From: Euglena gracilis
Taxonomy: Eukaryota
Length of the DNA: 64,000 bases
Direction: 5' to 3'
NCBI GenBank assembly: GCA_039621445.1
Contig: CP154954.1
Coordinates: forward strand, 17,142,589 to 17,206,588
Both the position numbers and the translations under genes were made by a program. The notes below the pieces were generated by a model. It did no database searches and had not been told where the DNA came from. It saw nothing but the letters and a program-made list of their open reading frames with translations. Shown here in pieces: positions 11,435 to 23,878 of this stretch; within the stretch, counting starts at the first letter, position 1; every line of letters starts with the position of its first letter.

Positions 11435-12943
11435 TGTAGTGTGTAGTGTCGTGTGTGGGTCGTGTTGTAGTGTTGTCCTTGTAGTGTTGTCTGTGTCTTT
11501 GTCTCGTGTGTAGTCGTGTGTGTGTTGTGTGTCCGTGGGTGGTGGTGTGTGTGTCGTAGTGGTGTTCGTGGTGTGGTGTGTGTGTGTGTGTCGCGTGTGG
11601 GTCCGTGTGTGTCGGGTGTGTGGTAGTGTGTCGTGTGTGTGTTAGTGGTGTCGTGTGTGTCGTTGTGTGTGTGGTCGTGTGTGTCGTGTGTGTGAGTGTG
11701 TCGTGTGTGTGTCGTTGTGTGTGTGTGTTGGGTGTGGTGTGTGTGTCGTGTGTGTCGTGTGTGTCGTGTGTGTCGTGTGTTGTCGTGTGTGTCGTTTGTG
11801 TGTAGTGTGTCGTGTGTGTAGTCTGTGTGGTGTCCGTGTGTGTGTAGTGTGTCGTGTGTGTCGTGTGAGGTGTAGTGTGGTTCGTGGTGGTCCCGTGTGT
11901 GTGTGTGTGTCGTGTGTGGTGTGTGTGGGTGTGTGTGTCGTAGTGTGTGTAGTGTGTGTGTGTGTGTCGTGTGTGTCGGGTGTGTCGTGTGTCGTGTGTG
12001 TCGTGTGTAGTCGTGTGTGTGGTGTGTGGGGGTGTGTGGTGGTGTGTGGTGTGGTGTGGGGTGTGTCGGTGTGTGTGGTGTTGTGTGTTGTCGTGGTGTT
12101 GTGGTGTGGTTGTGTGTGGTGGTGTGTGGTGTTGTGTGGTGTGTGTCGGTTTGTGTGGTGGTGTTGTGGGTGTGGTGTGGTGTGTGGGGTGTGGTGTGTG
12201 TGGTGGTGGTGGTGTGTGTGGGGGTGTGTTGTGGTGTTGTCGTGGCTGTGTGGTGGTGTGTGGTTTGCTGTGGGTCAGTGGTGTGTGGTGGTGTGTGTGG
12301 TGTGTGTGGTTTGTGTGTGGTTGTGTGTGGTGTGTGTGGCGTGTGGTGTGGTGTGTGTGGTTGTGGTGTGGGTGGTGGTTGTGTGTGGTGTGCTGGGTGG
12401 TGGTGTGCTGGGGTGTGTGTGGGGTGTGTGGGGGGGTGTGGTGCTGATGTGTTTGTGTGTTTGCTTTGTGTGCTGTGTGCTGGTGTGTGCTGTGTGGTTC
12501 TGTTGTGTTGCGGTGCGTGTGTGTGCGTGTTGATGTGTTGATGTCGGTTGTGTGTGTTGTCGTGCGTTGTGTGCGTTATGTGTGCGTTTGTGTGCGTGTG
12601 GAGTTGTGTGATGTTTGTGGCGTTGTGTGCGTTTTGTGGTGTGCGTTTGTGTGCGTGTGTGCATTGTGTGCGTTGTGTGCGTTGTGGTGCGTTGTGTGCG
12701 TGTGTGTGCGTTGTGTGGCGTTGTGTGCGTTGTGTGCGTTGTGTGACGTTTGTGTGAGTTGTGTGAGTTGTGGGAGTTGTGGAGTTGTGTGAGTTGTGTG
12801 AGTTGTGTGCGTTTTTGGGTGCGTTGTGTGCGTTGTGTGCGTTGTTGTGAGTTGTGTGTTGTGGTGAGTGTGTGTGTTGTGTGTGTTGTGTTTGTTTTGT
12901 TTTTGTGTTGTGTGTGTGTTGTGTGTTGTGTGTGTTGTTGGTG

Positions 12944-12974
<31 letters not shown>

Positions 12975-12976
12975 GT

Positions 12977-13034
<58 letters not shown>

Positions 13035-13575
13035 GTGTGTGTGTGTTTGGGGTGTGTGTGTGTGTTGTGCTGTGGTGTGTGATGTGTGTGTGTTGTGTTG
13101 TGTGTGTGTGTGTGTGTGTGTGTGATGTTTGTGCGTGTGTGTGTGGTGAGATGTGTGTGTGTCTGTGTTGGGTGTGTAGTGATGGGTGAGGGGTGTGTGT
13201 GTGGGTGTTGTGTGTGTGTGTGTGTGTTGGTGTGTGGGGTGTGTGTGTTGTGTTGTGTGGTGTGTGTGGGGCTTTGTGTGGTGTTGTGTGTGTGTGGGTG
13301 TGTGTGTGTGCTGTGTGTGTGTGTGTGGTGTGTGTGTGTGTGTGGTGTGTGTGTGTTGGTGTGTGTGTTTGTCGTGATGTGTGTGTGTGTGGGTGTGTGG
13401 GTGTGTGTGTGCGTGTGTTGTGTCTGTTGTGTGTGTGTGTGTTGTGTGTGTGTGTTGGGTGTGTGTGTGTTGTGGGTGTGTGGTGTGTGTGTGTGTGGTG
13501 TGTGTGTGTGTGGTGTGTGTGTGTGTGTGGGGTGTGTGTGTGTGGGTGGGGGTGTGTGTGGGTGTGTGTGTGGGG

Positions 13576-13617
<42 letters not shown>

Positions 13618-13658
13618 GTGTGTGTTGTGGTGTCATGTGGGTGTGTGCCATGTGTGTG

Positions 13659-13692
<34 letters not shown>
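11435..13692. repeat. Degenerate (TG)n low-complexity tract, 2.26 kb
   Basis: Almost only T and G on the + strand, with perfect (TG)n stretches near 12945-13030. Confidence 0.95.
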
Positions 13693-15289
13693 GATAAGGC
13701 TTGGCAGCAAACCATTCCTGTGGCCGCCCCCCTACCTGTGCGCTGCCGACTCCTGCTGGCATCAGGGATGGGGACAATCCAAAGCAAGAGCAGACCCGAA
13801 ACAAACGAGGAGAGTGGGGAACCCTGTTGAATGTTCCAATGAGCTCTCGTGCAATAGGGGCTCCTTAGGAGTGAGGAGCGGGGGGGTGTCATGGACCAGC
13901 CGTCCCAAATCGCCTCTCAGACTTGAGAGTGGTGGAACGACGCTTTGTCAGCAGTTGCGACTGCTCCAGGTAGCACCACTGCGGGATTACAGAAATATGG
14001 TTTGGCATCGAATGATTATAAAATGCTGCGATGGAAACGCTTTTGGGGCGTATTTCATTGGCCTTCTCACAAATGCAAATCCTGGTGAACTGGTGGCCGC
14101 ATCCACTGCGAACACTCTACTTGAACCTCATTGAGCACGCGTACCAGTTGCGGACGTTGAACCGCGAGCAAGTATTGGCAGGCTGAAATGCAGGTACTTG
14201 ATGGGCTTCTTTGGGGGGGGGGGTAGACCCTGGGGTTTGGCATGACCTGACTCTCAGGCGGTGCTACTCAGTTCTAAGCAGTCGCAAATGCCTGCCCAAG
14301 CGCTCCACCAGTGCTCGCAACTCTGGGAGGTGCGTCGGCATGGTTCTGTGGGGTGTGGGGTGCCATTATTTTTCCCACGATTTTCAGGAGATTAAAATTT
14401 TCTGGGCACGTGGGTATGAAAATTACCAGGCACACTGGAGACAATCACATAGTTTGCCTTTTTTTTAAATTTCACGATTTAATAATTAATTAATAATGAT
14501 TACTGTTTTAACCTCATTTTTCAGAGTATTTTTGGCCTCCAAATATGTGATTCCGACTTTTGTCGACACCACCTATCCTTTTCTCAGGCCATTTTTTTGC
14601 TCAGCCAGTCTTCTACAACTCCAACTTTCCACGCCTGGTATGAATTTTTGCGAAAGAGCACCCAACTCCCAAGCAAATAAGCCACGATAGATGCTAAGAT
14701 GATGTGGGACTTTTGCAAGTGACCAGAGCTTTGGGTTCAAAAAACTAGGTTTCCACAAACCTGGTGCACCAGGAGGCCTTCAGACGGAAAAACACGATTC
14801 AAAGTAATTGGTCAAAATGCTAGTAATTGTGGGACCCCCCCCCTCAAGGACCAGTGAAAAAAACACTCTCGATGGGCATTAACAGGTACCGTTGACAGGG
14901 GGGGGGGGTCTCAATGACACACTGTGTCAACGACACGGTACCATAATAATGCTTTTCTCACTGCGGTTTGGTGACCCAAAAACCATGGCCTCCACAATTG
15001 TACCATTTGACCTCTCATATTGCACCAAATTACCAAATTCAAAGGGGAAAACATTCGAAGCAATGGCTGGGAAGAAGATGTCACACAATTGTCAAATGCC
15101 TTGACTGAATGACCCTAAAAATTTTGGCGAGAAACACGAGAAAAAAATTATGCTCCAGAAAAATGTCATTGGCACGGGTGTCAACGAGAACGTTGTGCCT
15201 TGAAGAATGGGGGGGGGAGGGGGGCGTAAATCAATTAAAAGGGGGGCACCGACAGGCCATGAAAATTTTTGGTTCTTTGGCCGGTGAAA

Positions 15290-15750
15290 GGGTCAGATAT
15301 CAAACCAAAAACACCTCATTTTTCTTTGAAAATCAATCAAAATTGCGGATTCTTGTGAATTCCTTGAACTTTTTCACATGGAAAATACCCAAACATCAAA
15401 AGTGCTCTGTGCTTAAAGTGAGGGAGAAAAGAGTTTTTGGACTTCCTTGACGTGTCAGTGCAGGAAGCCTTTTTCGCTATTTTTGGAACCTTCCAAAGAA
15501 GGGTGGGGTTGGGTCCGAACCTTCCTCCACATCGGGGTGGGGGGTTGCCAGCACCGCCTCCCCTTTCCCCCTTTACCTCATGCACATCCCCACAGAGAGT
15601 GAACTGCGTGCACGTCCCTTATGTGCAGGCGACAACCCAAATCGCCACCACCTGTGTCTGGGACCCACCCCTTCATTAACCCCTCCATACATACCAGCCC
15701 ACTCCATGGAGCTCTTTTGCCTGAAATCCATGGGTTTTGTGCCAGAAACA
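15290..15750 (+). repeat. Leader of satellite array 1 (old MITE plus element head), duplicated at 17014-17430
   Basis: 15337-15750 is near-identical to 17014-17430. 15290-15580 is a diverged relative of 56330-56633. Confidence 0.8.
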
Positions 15751-18700
15751 GGGCGCTGGCGGGTCGAAAAACGCTCATTTTCGGCTCAAAAACAGTTTTT
15801 CCGGGTCCGGGGCATTGTTTTGGTCAAAAAAAATTTTTTTGATTTTTTCGACTTTTTTGACCCGGTTTTGACCCAAAGTCAATGGGTCGGCGGCCCAAAA
15901 CGGGGCGCTGGCGGGTCGAAGAACGCTCGTTTTCGGCTCAAAAACAGTTTTTCCGGGTCCGGGAGGCCAAAAAACATCGTTTCGGGCAAAAAAAAAATTT
16001 GCGATTTTTTTCGACTTTTTTGACCCGGTTTTGACCACCAATGGGTCGGCGGCCCAAAACGGGGCGCTGGCGGGTCGAAAAACGCTCGTTTTCGGCTCAA
16101 AAACAGTTTTTCCGGGTCCGGGAGGCCAAAAAACATCGTTTCGGGCAAAAAAAAAATTTGCGATTTTTTTCGACTTTTTTGCCCCGGGTTTGACCCAAAG
16201 TCAATGGGTCGGCGGCCCAAAACGGGGCGCTGGCGGGTCGAAAAACGCTCGTTTTCGGCTCAAAAACAGTTTTTCCGGGTCCGGGAGGCCAAAAAACATC
16301 GTTTCGGGCAAAAAAAAAATTTTCGTTTTTTTTCGCCTTTTTCGACCCGGTTTTGACCCAAAGTCAATGGGTCGGCGGCCCAAAACGGGGCGCTGGCGGG
16401 TCGAAAAACGCTCGTTTTCGGCTCAAAAACAGTTTTTCCGGGTCCGGGAGGCCAAAAAACATCGTTTCGGGCAAAAAAAAAATTTTCGATTTTTTTCACC
16501 TTTTTCGACCCGGGTTTGACCCAAAGTCAATGGGTCGGCGGCCCAAAACGGGGCGCTGGCGGGTCGAAAAACGCTCGTTTTCGGCTCAAAAACAGTTTTT
16601 CCGGGTCCGGGAGGCCAAAAAACATCGTTTCGGGCAAAAAAAAAATTTGCGATTTTTTTCGACTTTTTTGACCCGGGTTTGACCCAAAGTCAATGGGTCG
16701 GCGGCCCAAAACGGGGCGCAGGTGGGTCGAAAAACGCTCGTTTTCGGCTCAAAAACAGTTTTTTTTTTTTCCCGGGCTTTTTTTTTTTTTTTTTTTTCGG
16801 ATTCCCTTGGTGAATTCCTTAACTTTGTCACATGGAAATTCCGGATTCCTTTTGCCCACCCCCCTCGTTTCACCATTCGCAAAAAAAATTTTTTCGATTT
16901 TTTTCGCCTTTTTCGACCCGGTTTTGACCCAAAGTCAATGGGTCGGCGGCCCAAAACGGGGCGCTGGCGGGTCGAAGAACGCTCGTTTTCGGCTCAAAAA
17001 CAGTTTTTCCGGGTCAAAATTGCGGATTCTTGTGAATTCCTTGAACTTTTTCACATGGAAAATACCCAAACATCAAAAAGTGCTCTGTGCTTAAAAGTGA
17101 GGGAGAAAAGAGTTTTTGGACTTCCTTGACGTGTCAGGGCAGGACGCCTTTTTCGCTCTTTTTGGAACCTTCCAAAGAAGGGTGGGGTTGGGTCCGAACC
17201 CTCCCCCACATCGGGGGGGGGGGGTCCAGACCCGCCTCCCCTTACCACCTTGACCGCATGCACATCCCCACAGAGAGTGAACTGCGTGCACGTCCCTTAT
17301 GTGCAGGCGACAACCCAAATCGCCACCACCTGTGTCTGGGACCCACCCCTTCATTAACCCCTCCATACATACCAGCCCACTCCATGGAGCTCTTTTGCCT
17401 GAAATCCATGGGTTTTGTGCCAGAAACAGGGCGCTGGCGGGTCGAAAACGCTCATTTTCGGCTCGAAAACAGTTTTTCCTTTTTTTGGTCAAAAAAAATT
17501 TTTTTGATTTTTTCGACTTTTTTGACCCGGTTTTGACCCAAAGTCAATGGGTCGGCGGCCCAAAACGGGGCGCTGGCGGGTCGAAGAACGCTCGTTTTCG
17601 GCTCAAAAACAGTTTTTCCGGGTCCGGGAGGCCAAAAAACATCGTTTCGGGCAAAAAAAAAATTTGCGATTTTTTTCGACTTTTTTGACCCGGTTTTGAC
17701 CACCAATGGGTCGGCGGCCCAAAACGGGGCGCTGGCGGGTCGAAAAACGCTCGTTTTCGGCTCAAAAACAGTTTTTCCGGGTCCGGGAGGCCAAAAAACA
17801 TCGTTTCGGGCAAAAAAAAAATTTTCGATTTTTTTCGCCTTTTTCGACCCGGTTTTGACCCAAAGTCAATGGGTCGGCAGCCCAAAACGGGGCGCTGGCG
17901 GGTCGAAAAACGCTCGTTTTCGGCTCAAAAACAGTTTTTCCGGGTCCGGGAGGCCAAAAAACATCGTTTCGGGCAAAAAAAAAATTTGCGATTTTTTTCG
18001 ACTTTTTTGCCCCGGGTTTGACCCAAAGTCAATGGGTCGGCGGCCCAAAACGGGGCGCAGGTGGGTCGAAAAACGCTCGTTTTCGGCTCAAAAACAGTTT
18101 TTCCGGGTCCGGGAGGCCAAAAAACATCGTTTCGGGCAAAAAAAAATTTTCGTTTTTTTTCGACTTTTTTGCCCCGGTTTTGACCCAAAGTCAATGGGTC
18201 GGCGGCCCAAAAACGGGTCAAAAAACGCTCGTTTTCGGCTCAAAAACAGTTTTTCCGGGTCCGGGAGGCCAAAAAACATCGTTTCGGGCAAAAAAAAATT
18301 TTGCGATTTTTTTCGACTTTTTTGACCCGATTTTGACCCAAAGTCAATGGGTCGGCGGCCCAAAACGGGGCGCTGGCGGGTCGAAAAACGCTCGTTTTCG
18401 GCTCAAAAACAGTTTTTCCGGGTCCGGGAGGCAAAAAAACATCGTTTCGGGCAAAAAAAAAATTTTCGATTTTTTTCACCTTTTTCGACCCGGGTTTGAC
18501 CCAAAGTCAATGGGTCGGCGGCCCAAAACGGGGCGCTGGCGGGTCGAAAAACGCTCGTTTTCGGCTCAAAAACAGTTTTTCCGGGTCCGGGAGGCCAAAA
18601 AACATCGTTTCAGGCAAAAAAAAATTTGCGATTTTTTTCGACTTTTTTGACCCGGGTTTGACGCAAAGTCAATGGGTCGGCGGCCCAAAACGGGGCGCAG

Positions 18701-19298
18701 GTGGGTCGAAAAACGCTCGTTTTCGGCTCAAAAACAGTTTTTCCGGGTCCGGGAGGCCAAAAAACATCGTTTCGGGCAAAAAAAATTTTTTCGATTTTTT
18801 TCGCCTTTTTCGACCCGGTTTTGACCCAAAGTCAATGGGTCGGCGGCCCAAAACGGGGCGCTGGCGGGTCGAAGAACGCTCGTTTTCGGCTCAAAAACAG
18901 TTTTTCCGGGTCCGGGAGGCCAAAAAACATCGTTTCGGGCAAAAAAAAAATTTGCGATTTTTTTCGACTTTTTTGACCCGGGTTTGACCCAAAGTCAATG
19001 GGTCGGCGGCCCAAAACGGGGCGCAGGTGGGTCGAAAAACGCTCGTTTTCGGCTCAAAAACAGTTTTTCCGGGTCCGGGAGGCCAAAAAACATCGTTTCG
19101 GGCAAAAAAAAAATTTCGATTTTTTTCGCCTTTTTCGACCCGGTTTTGACCCAAAGTCAATGGGTCGGCGGCCCAAAACGGGGCGCTGGCGGGTCGAAAA
19201 ACGCTCGTTTTCGGCTCAAAAACAGTTTTTCCGGGTCCGGGAGGCCAAAAAACATCGTTTCGGGCAAAAAAAAATTTGCGATTTTTTTCGACTTTTTT
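15751..19298 (+). repeat. 163-bp tandem satellite array 1 (about 19 units, interrupted by a copy of its leader)
   Basis: TCAATGGGTCGGCGGCCCAAAACGGGG recurs at 16201, 16364, 16527 and 16690 (period 163). Confidence 0.97.
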
Positions 19299-19775
19299 GG
19301 CCGAAAACGGCCAAAGTCGAACAGAGGGAAAAGTGTACAAAATGGCCTGAAACGGCCCAAATTAGCCAAAAAAAACGCCCGTATCTCGGGCTGGGCGGGG
19401 AGTTGTGGGGAAACCAAAATCCCAGTAGATAGAGCGTTCCAAGGGCTTCAATTTAGGTCTCCGGACATTTCCTTTGATTTTGCATCATTTTCGAGAAATT
19501 TTGAAAACATCGATTTTTTGACCCCCCACCCCCCGAAAACGGCCAAGTCGGACAGTGGGAAAAGTGTACAAAACGGCCATCTGCGCCGAAAACGGCCGTA
19601 TCTCGGGCTGGGCGGGGAGTTGCGGGGAAATCAAAATACCGGTAGATGGGGCGTTCCAAGGGCTTCAAATTAGGTCTCCGGACATTTCCTTTGATTTGGC
19701 TTCATTTTGGAGATATTTTGAAATTTGACATTTTTTGGCAGTCCAAAGGGGGGGGGGCTTATCCAGGGGGGGCGG
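19299..19775 (+). repeat. Tail of the satellite-bearing element, internally duplicated (about 235 bp x2)
   Basis: GAAAAGTGTACAAAA...CGTATCTCGGGCTG...TTCCAAGGGCTTCAA...GGACATTTCCTTTGATTT occurs twice. The same tail occurs at 31357-31610 and 62090-62272. Confidence 0.9.
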
Positions 19776-20652
19776 GCCGATCCTACCCAGTTTGGACCCC
19801 TTCGCGCGTGAATAACTCGGGCCTGGCGGGGAGTTGGGGGTCAAACCCAGGTGATTCGGAAACTAGAAATCCAGTCGCTCGCAACTGAAAAAAAAAATTC
19901 CGGGAACCGGGCCGGGATCATGGTGATAATCCGTCGGTTCTCCTGGTGGCCCCGAGGGGGGGGGGCGGGGAGGGGGGGGGGTCGAGGGGGGGGGTCGAGG
20001 GGGGGGGTTTCGCCGGTGGTAAGCTTCGCTCTTACCCATAAAGGGATAAGAGCTCAGCGACCCCCCCTACAACAGCTTCCAATTGATCCCTGGTTGGGGG
20101 GATGCTATTTGGGAAAATTCTTCAACCCAAAAAAGCCCCCCCCCCAATGAACATCTAACATAACTTCTGAATATTGCACATTTTAACATTTTAACAGATG
20201 CCGATGCTGCTTCAAATTTGCGCCACTCAATCTGGTGAGTTTTAGGTAATGTCGATGGTTTTCCGCCTTGCTCTGATTTCCCTCTTCGCAGAGGGAGGGC
20301 TATTATTGCGGGGGAACATTCTTTGGGGGGGGGATTTTTTAAGATGGTGGCTGCCCAATTACGCAGATGCACAAGAGATGTAGCGAGGGAGAGGAAGATG
20401 ATTGTGCGCGCTATTGGTCCTTGAACTCGATCATGAGGTCGCTTGGACTACATATTGAGGGCCGTCGCAAGGGTCCCCGGGCCTGGCTGGGAAACGAGTA
20501 AGAGCCATTGGCACTTAATTTTGGAGGATACAAAAAAAGCAGTTTCCTTGACATGAGGCGGCGCTGTGGTCCTCAATGTGTAACAGGGATTGGCAATTCT
20601 AGCAGACAATACCCAATTCATTGGGTGAAAAAAATCCTATGAACTAAAAGAA

Positions 20653-20722
20653 CATAGATTAATTGAATAGATTAATAGAATAATTGAATGGAATAGATTA
20701 ATTGAATGGATAGATTGAAATG
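20653..20722. repeat. AT-rich minisatellite
   Basis: Repeated ATAGATTAATTGAAT units. Confidence 0.7.
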
Positions 20723-21419
20723 GTGATTCAGGAAATGAGCTTCTTTTGACAATGCCTCGGTTACTCTGCAATTTGTTTGAAAACCCTCTGTGGATTGCCC
20801 TCCGTGGTATCACAGTAAATTGTGTATGGCCCAAGGACCTTCAAAGGAGTAGGGATTGTGCACCATATGGTAGGCTGGCATATTCCTGGGTGACATAGGG
20901 GAAGGTAATTTGGGACTCATCAGAGGGGGATCAGGGGCAGGCAGACCCTCACTGCGGCATCAGTTCCCCATCTTTCAGAGCATCTGCCTGGCCGCCATGT
21001 ACCTGATGCAACAGGGGTGTGAGAGAAGGGGCCACGTCAGTTGCAGCTACAGCAATGCTGTGCTCTGCCCGAGGTCCAGTCCCATCCATGCAGTTGCCAA
21101 TTGGTGCAGATTGGTGCTCGCGCCCACTCATGCCCAGGCCCAGTCATGTCACAGGTGTTTGGTGGGGTTCTCCCTGGGAGAGGTACAAAGGGTAAACCAG
21201 ATTGGGGACAAAAATCCAAGACCCTACCCCCCCCCGGACAAGAGAAGATTTTTGTCCAAAGGGGTGAGAGTTCAACAAAAAAGGCAGCCAGGAGGGGAGG
21301 CGGAAATAAGCAGCGTTGCATGTCCCCACATCCGACTGCATAAACCAGGGATCGGCGGGCGAGTGGAGCCGATGGGAACGCAACGTAGTCAACCCAGGTG
21401 TCCCTGGAGGGGGCCCATT

Positions 21420-21688
21420 CAGGGAATTTCTGAATGACCCCCCTCTGGGGGGTCCAAACGGCTGGCTGGAAACAGCGTTGACTGGAAAAAGGTGCTGGCT
21501 GGACCCCCTCATTACTTTGTTTTACTTCATTACCACTCGACCCCTGGGGGGGGGGGGTCGAGCAGTGACAGGCTGGGAGATTCTGGCAGGCTGGCCGGCC
21601 GGCTGGCTGACTGGCAGGCTGACCGGCTGGCTAAGCCGGACCCCCCCCCCCCGGGGATAGGGTGGGGTTCAGCTTAAGAAATTCCCTG
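21420..21688. mobile_element. hAT-like MITE
   Basis: TIR CAGGGAATTTCT / AGAAATTCCCTG with internal GGCTGGCTG repeats. TSD is degenerate (GGCCCATT vs CGCCATTT). Confidence 0.75.
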
Positions 21689-23441
21689 CGCCATTTGCGG
21701 TGGGCCGCTGTCCAGCACCTCAGGGGCTGTTGGCTCTGGGGAGGGGAGGGAGCTGGCAGCCCTGTCCTCCAAAGGTGAGCGCCTGCAGCGAGGCTGCTAA
21801 CCCCCCACGGCACAGAAATGATCCAAGAATGTACGTTGACACAGGGGGGGGTTTGTCTTGTGTCAGACAAGGGGGGGTCCTTAGGGATGGGGAGAGTCGA
21901 GAGCTCTTGGAATTCTAGGGTAAGATTTTCACCACATGGATTCTGGGTTCCCTGGTACCGCGGTGCGGTGAAAAGGAAAAAAAAAATAAGAATAAGAATA
22001 ATCAAACTTTGAGAAATCTGAACGGCGGCAAGAATGCTTCCATATTCCATGCTTTCCAGGGGAAAGCAGTTCCCACCACAGAAAAATTTCACAGGGCATT
22101 GTCTGTACAATAAACTTTTGCGACTCTTAAACTTTGACTTGTGATGCCCACGCCTTGTCCAACGGCTACTTATGTTCGCCCCCGCCCACTCCCCTTGGGT
22201 CAGGTGTGATCTTTTTGGATACAATGTTGGTTCCATAAATGTGGGAAGGATTGTGAAAATTCATTTTATCTCGAAACTTTGACTTCAGCAAAACAGTGAA
22301 ATCCACAATAAAACAGCTGAAAATGCAAAAGATGGCAGCTGACTCCGACAGACCCCGAAAACTGGTTGCACATGTGCAAAATGGCTGAAATTGACGTAAA
22401 TTCTCAAAGGCATTTTTCAAAAGCGGGTTGAAAGGGTTTGGGCGGTTTGGGTTCGAGCGGCTTGAGACTCACCGCTCCTACCCATACCGCTCCTACCGCG
22501 GGAGACCGCGGGCCCCACTGTCAGCAATGTGCTTGGTGCAGCCTCCGTCACCTCCCCTCATGAGGGGGTCGGATACTCTAATCCATGACTGCGGCAGCTT
22601 CCTACGAATCACCCACTGCCAGGTTCAGCAACTCTAGTGCGGCGACGCGCGGGAATCCTTGCATCTTTACGCGGAAAGGGCTTGGCCACTCTGCTCCAGA
22701 GCTGCAATGGCCTCCTTCATCGTCCGCCGCGTTCGGCTACTCAAATCCATGCCGTGCACCCCCCCCCCCCCCGGCTCCCCGATGTAGGCTGGGGGGGTCC
22801 TGTTGGGTTGACCGACCCAGTCAGTCGACCCAACAATGAGGGGATGGACTGAGTCGGTCGACCCAACAGTCTAATGTATCAAGTCGGTCCTCACGATGCT
22901 TGGTTGCCTGCACAGCAGCAAGGCGGGAGTGAACCTCCCCTGGAATGCTCCGGTCTGTGGCTGAGCCACACTTGCGTGTGAATTCGCTCTTCCAAATCGG
23001 TATCTCTTGTCTGTCATTGTACTCCGTGATGTGGGCGGGGCATGGGGGTGTGAACAACTGCGCCGTGCAATTCTGGGGGAACATGGAATGTGACCTCTGG
23101 ATCACTGCAAAATTCTCGCTTCTGAATCGGTGATACTGGGGGAACTCCTCGGGGGGAACTCCTTCCGACAAGCTATGTTGGACTGGCAGCTGGGCGGGCA
23201 TCGTCAGGATCAGGGGCGACAACCCTGCCAACCCTTGTCCCGGACCGAGTGCTGAGTGACTGAGTGACTCGTGCTCTGCTTCACCCTCCTGGGATGGGGG
23301 AGGGGATTGAAAAAGCAGGGGGAGGGTCGGACCCTCCCTGCGTTCAACAAGAAAGCCCAAAGCCGAATTCCCTGTGCTTTTGTGCTCCCCACTGGAGGTC
23401 CTGGACAAATGTGTAATACCTACTGGCATTCCAATTCCACG

Positions 23442-23513
23442 TTTAGGGTTAGGGTTTTGGGTTATTGGTGCAGGATTGGGTTAGTGTTAAGGTTAGGAGG
23501 GTTGGGGTTAGGA
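23442..23513 (+). repeat. Degenerate interstitial TTAGGG-like repeats
   Basis: TTTAGGGTTAGGGTTTTGGGTTA...GGGTTAGTGTTAAGGTTAGGAGGGTTGGGGTTAGG. Confidence 0.55.
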
Positions 23514-23586
23514 TTCATCCTGTTACGACTAAATTTCGATGAAAATTGGGCCTAATTCAGCTAAATTTAGGGCTTGGCCTTATTTA

Positions 23587-23878
23587 ACGGGGGGGGGGGG
23601 GGGAGGGATTGGGGCTAGATAAAATTAGAACCGGCAAAATTGGAAGCCGAAAAAATTTGTGCCAAACCTGAAAACGGGCCCGGAAAAAATTGGCAGGATT
23701 TTTATGTGAAAACGTCCAGTTATGGCAAAAGTTCTTTCATGGCAACCAAAAAATTGGGGGGAAATGGGAAAAAATTGGCAGGATTTTCAAAAAAGGGCCA
23801 GAAAAAATTGGCAGGATTTCTATACGCCAATTTTTTCGCAAACAATTTTTTGGGCCTCCAATTCCCCCCCCCCCCCGG
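23587..23878. mobile_element. TA-flanked MITE
   Basis: TA-ACGGG(G)n...ATTGG at left and CCAATT(C)nGG-TA at right. Internal AAAAAATTGGCAGGATTT x3. Confidence 0.6.

Noticed and set aside
11578-14134. Long ORFs (up to 509 aa) rich in Val/Cys or His/Thr
   Set aside because: They are translations of the (TG)n tract, which lacks stop codons by composition.
15775-19673. Many repeating ORFs in satellite array 1 (and 57142-62193 in array 3)
   Set aside because: The 163-bp unit is not a multiple of 3, and frames break at homopolymer length changes. No coding signal.
17242-20023. TA-CCACC...GGTGG-TA as the TIR of the satellite element
   Set aside because: TACCACC belongs to the right end of the upstream MITE (compare 56614-56633), and the other copies have no matching right end.
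20440-20495. RNase H-like peptide (LHIEG / SQGSPGLAG)
   Set aside because: It needs a frameshift and a substitution at the catalytic Asp, and the downstream RNase H motifs are not recognisable.
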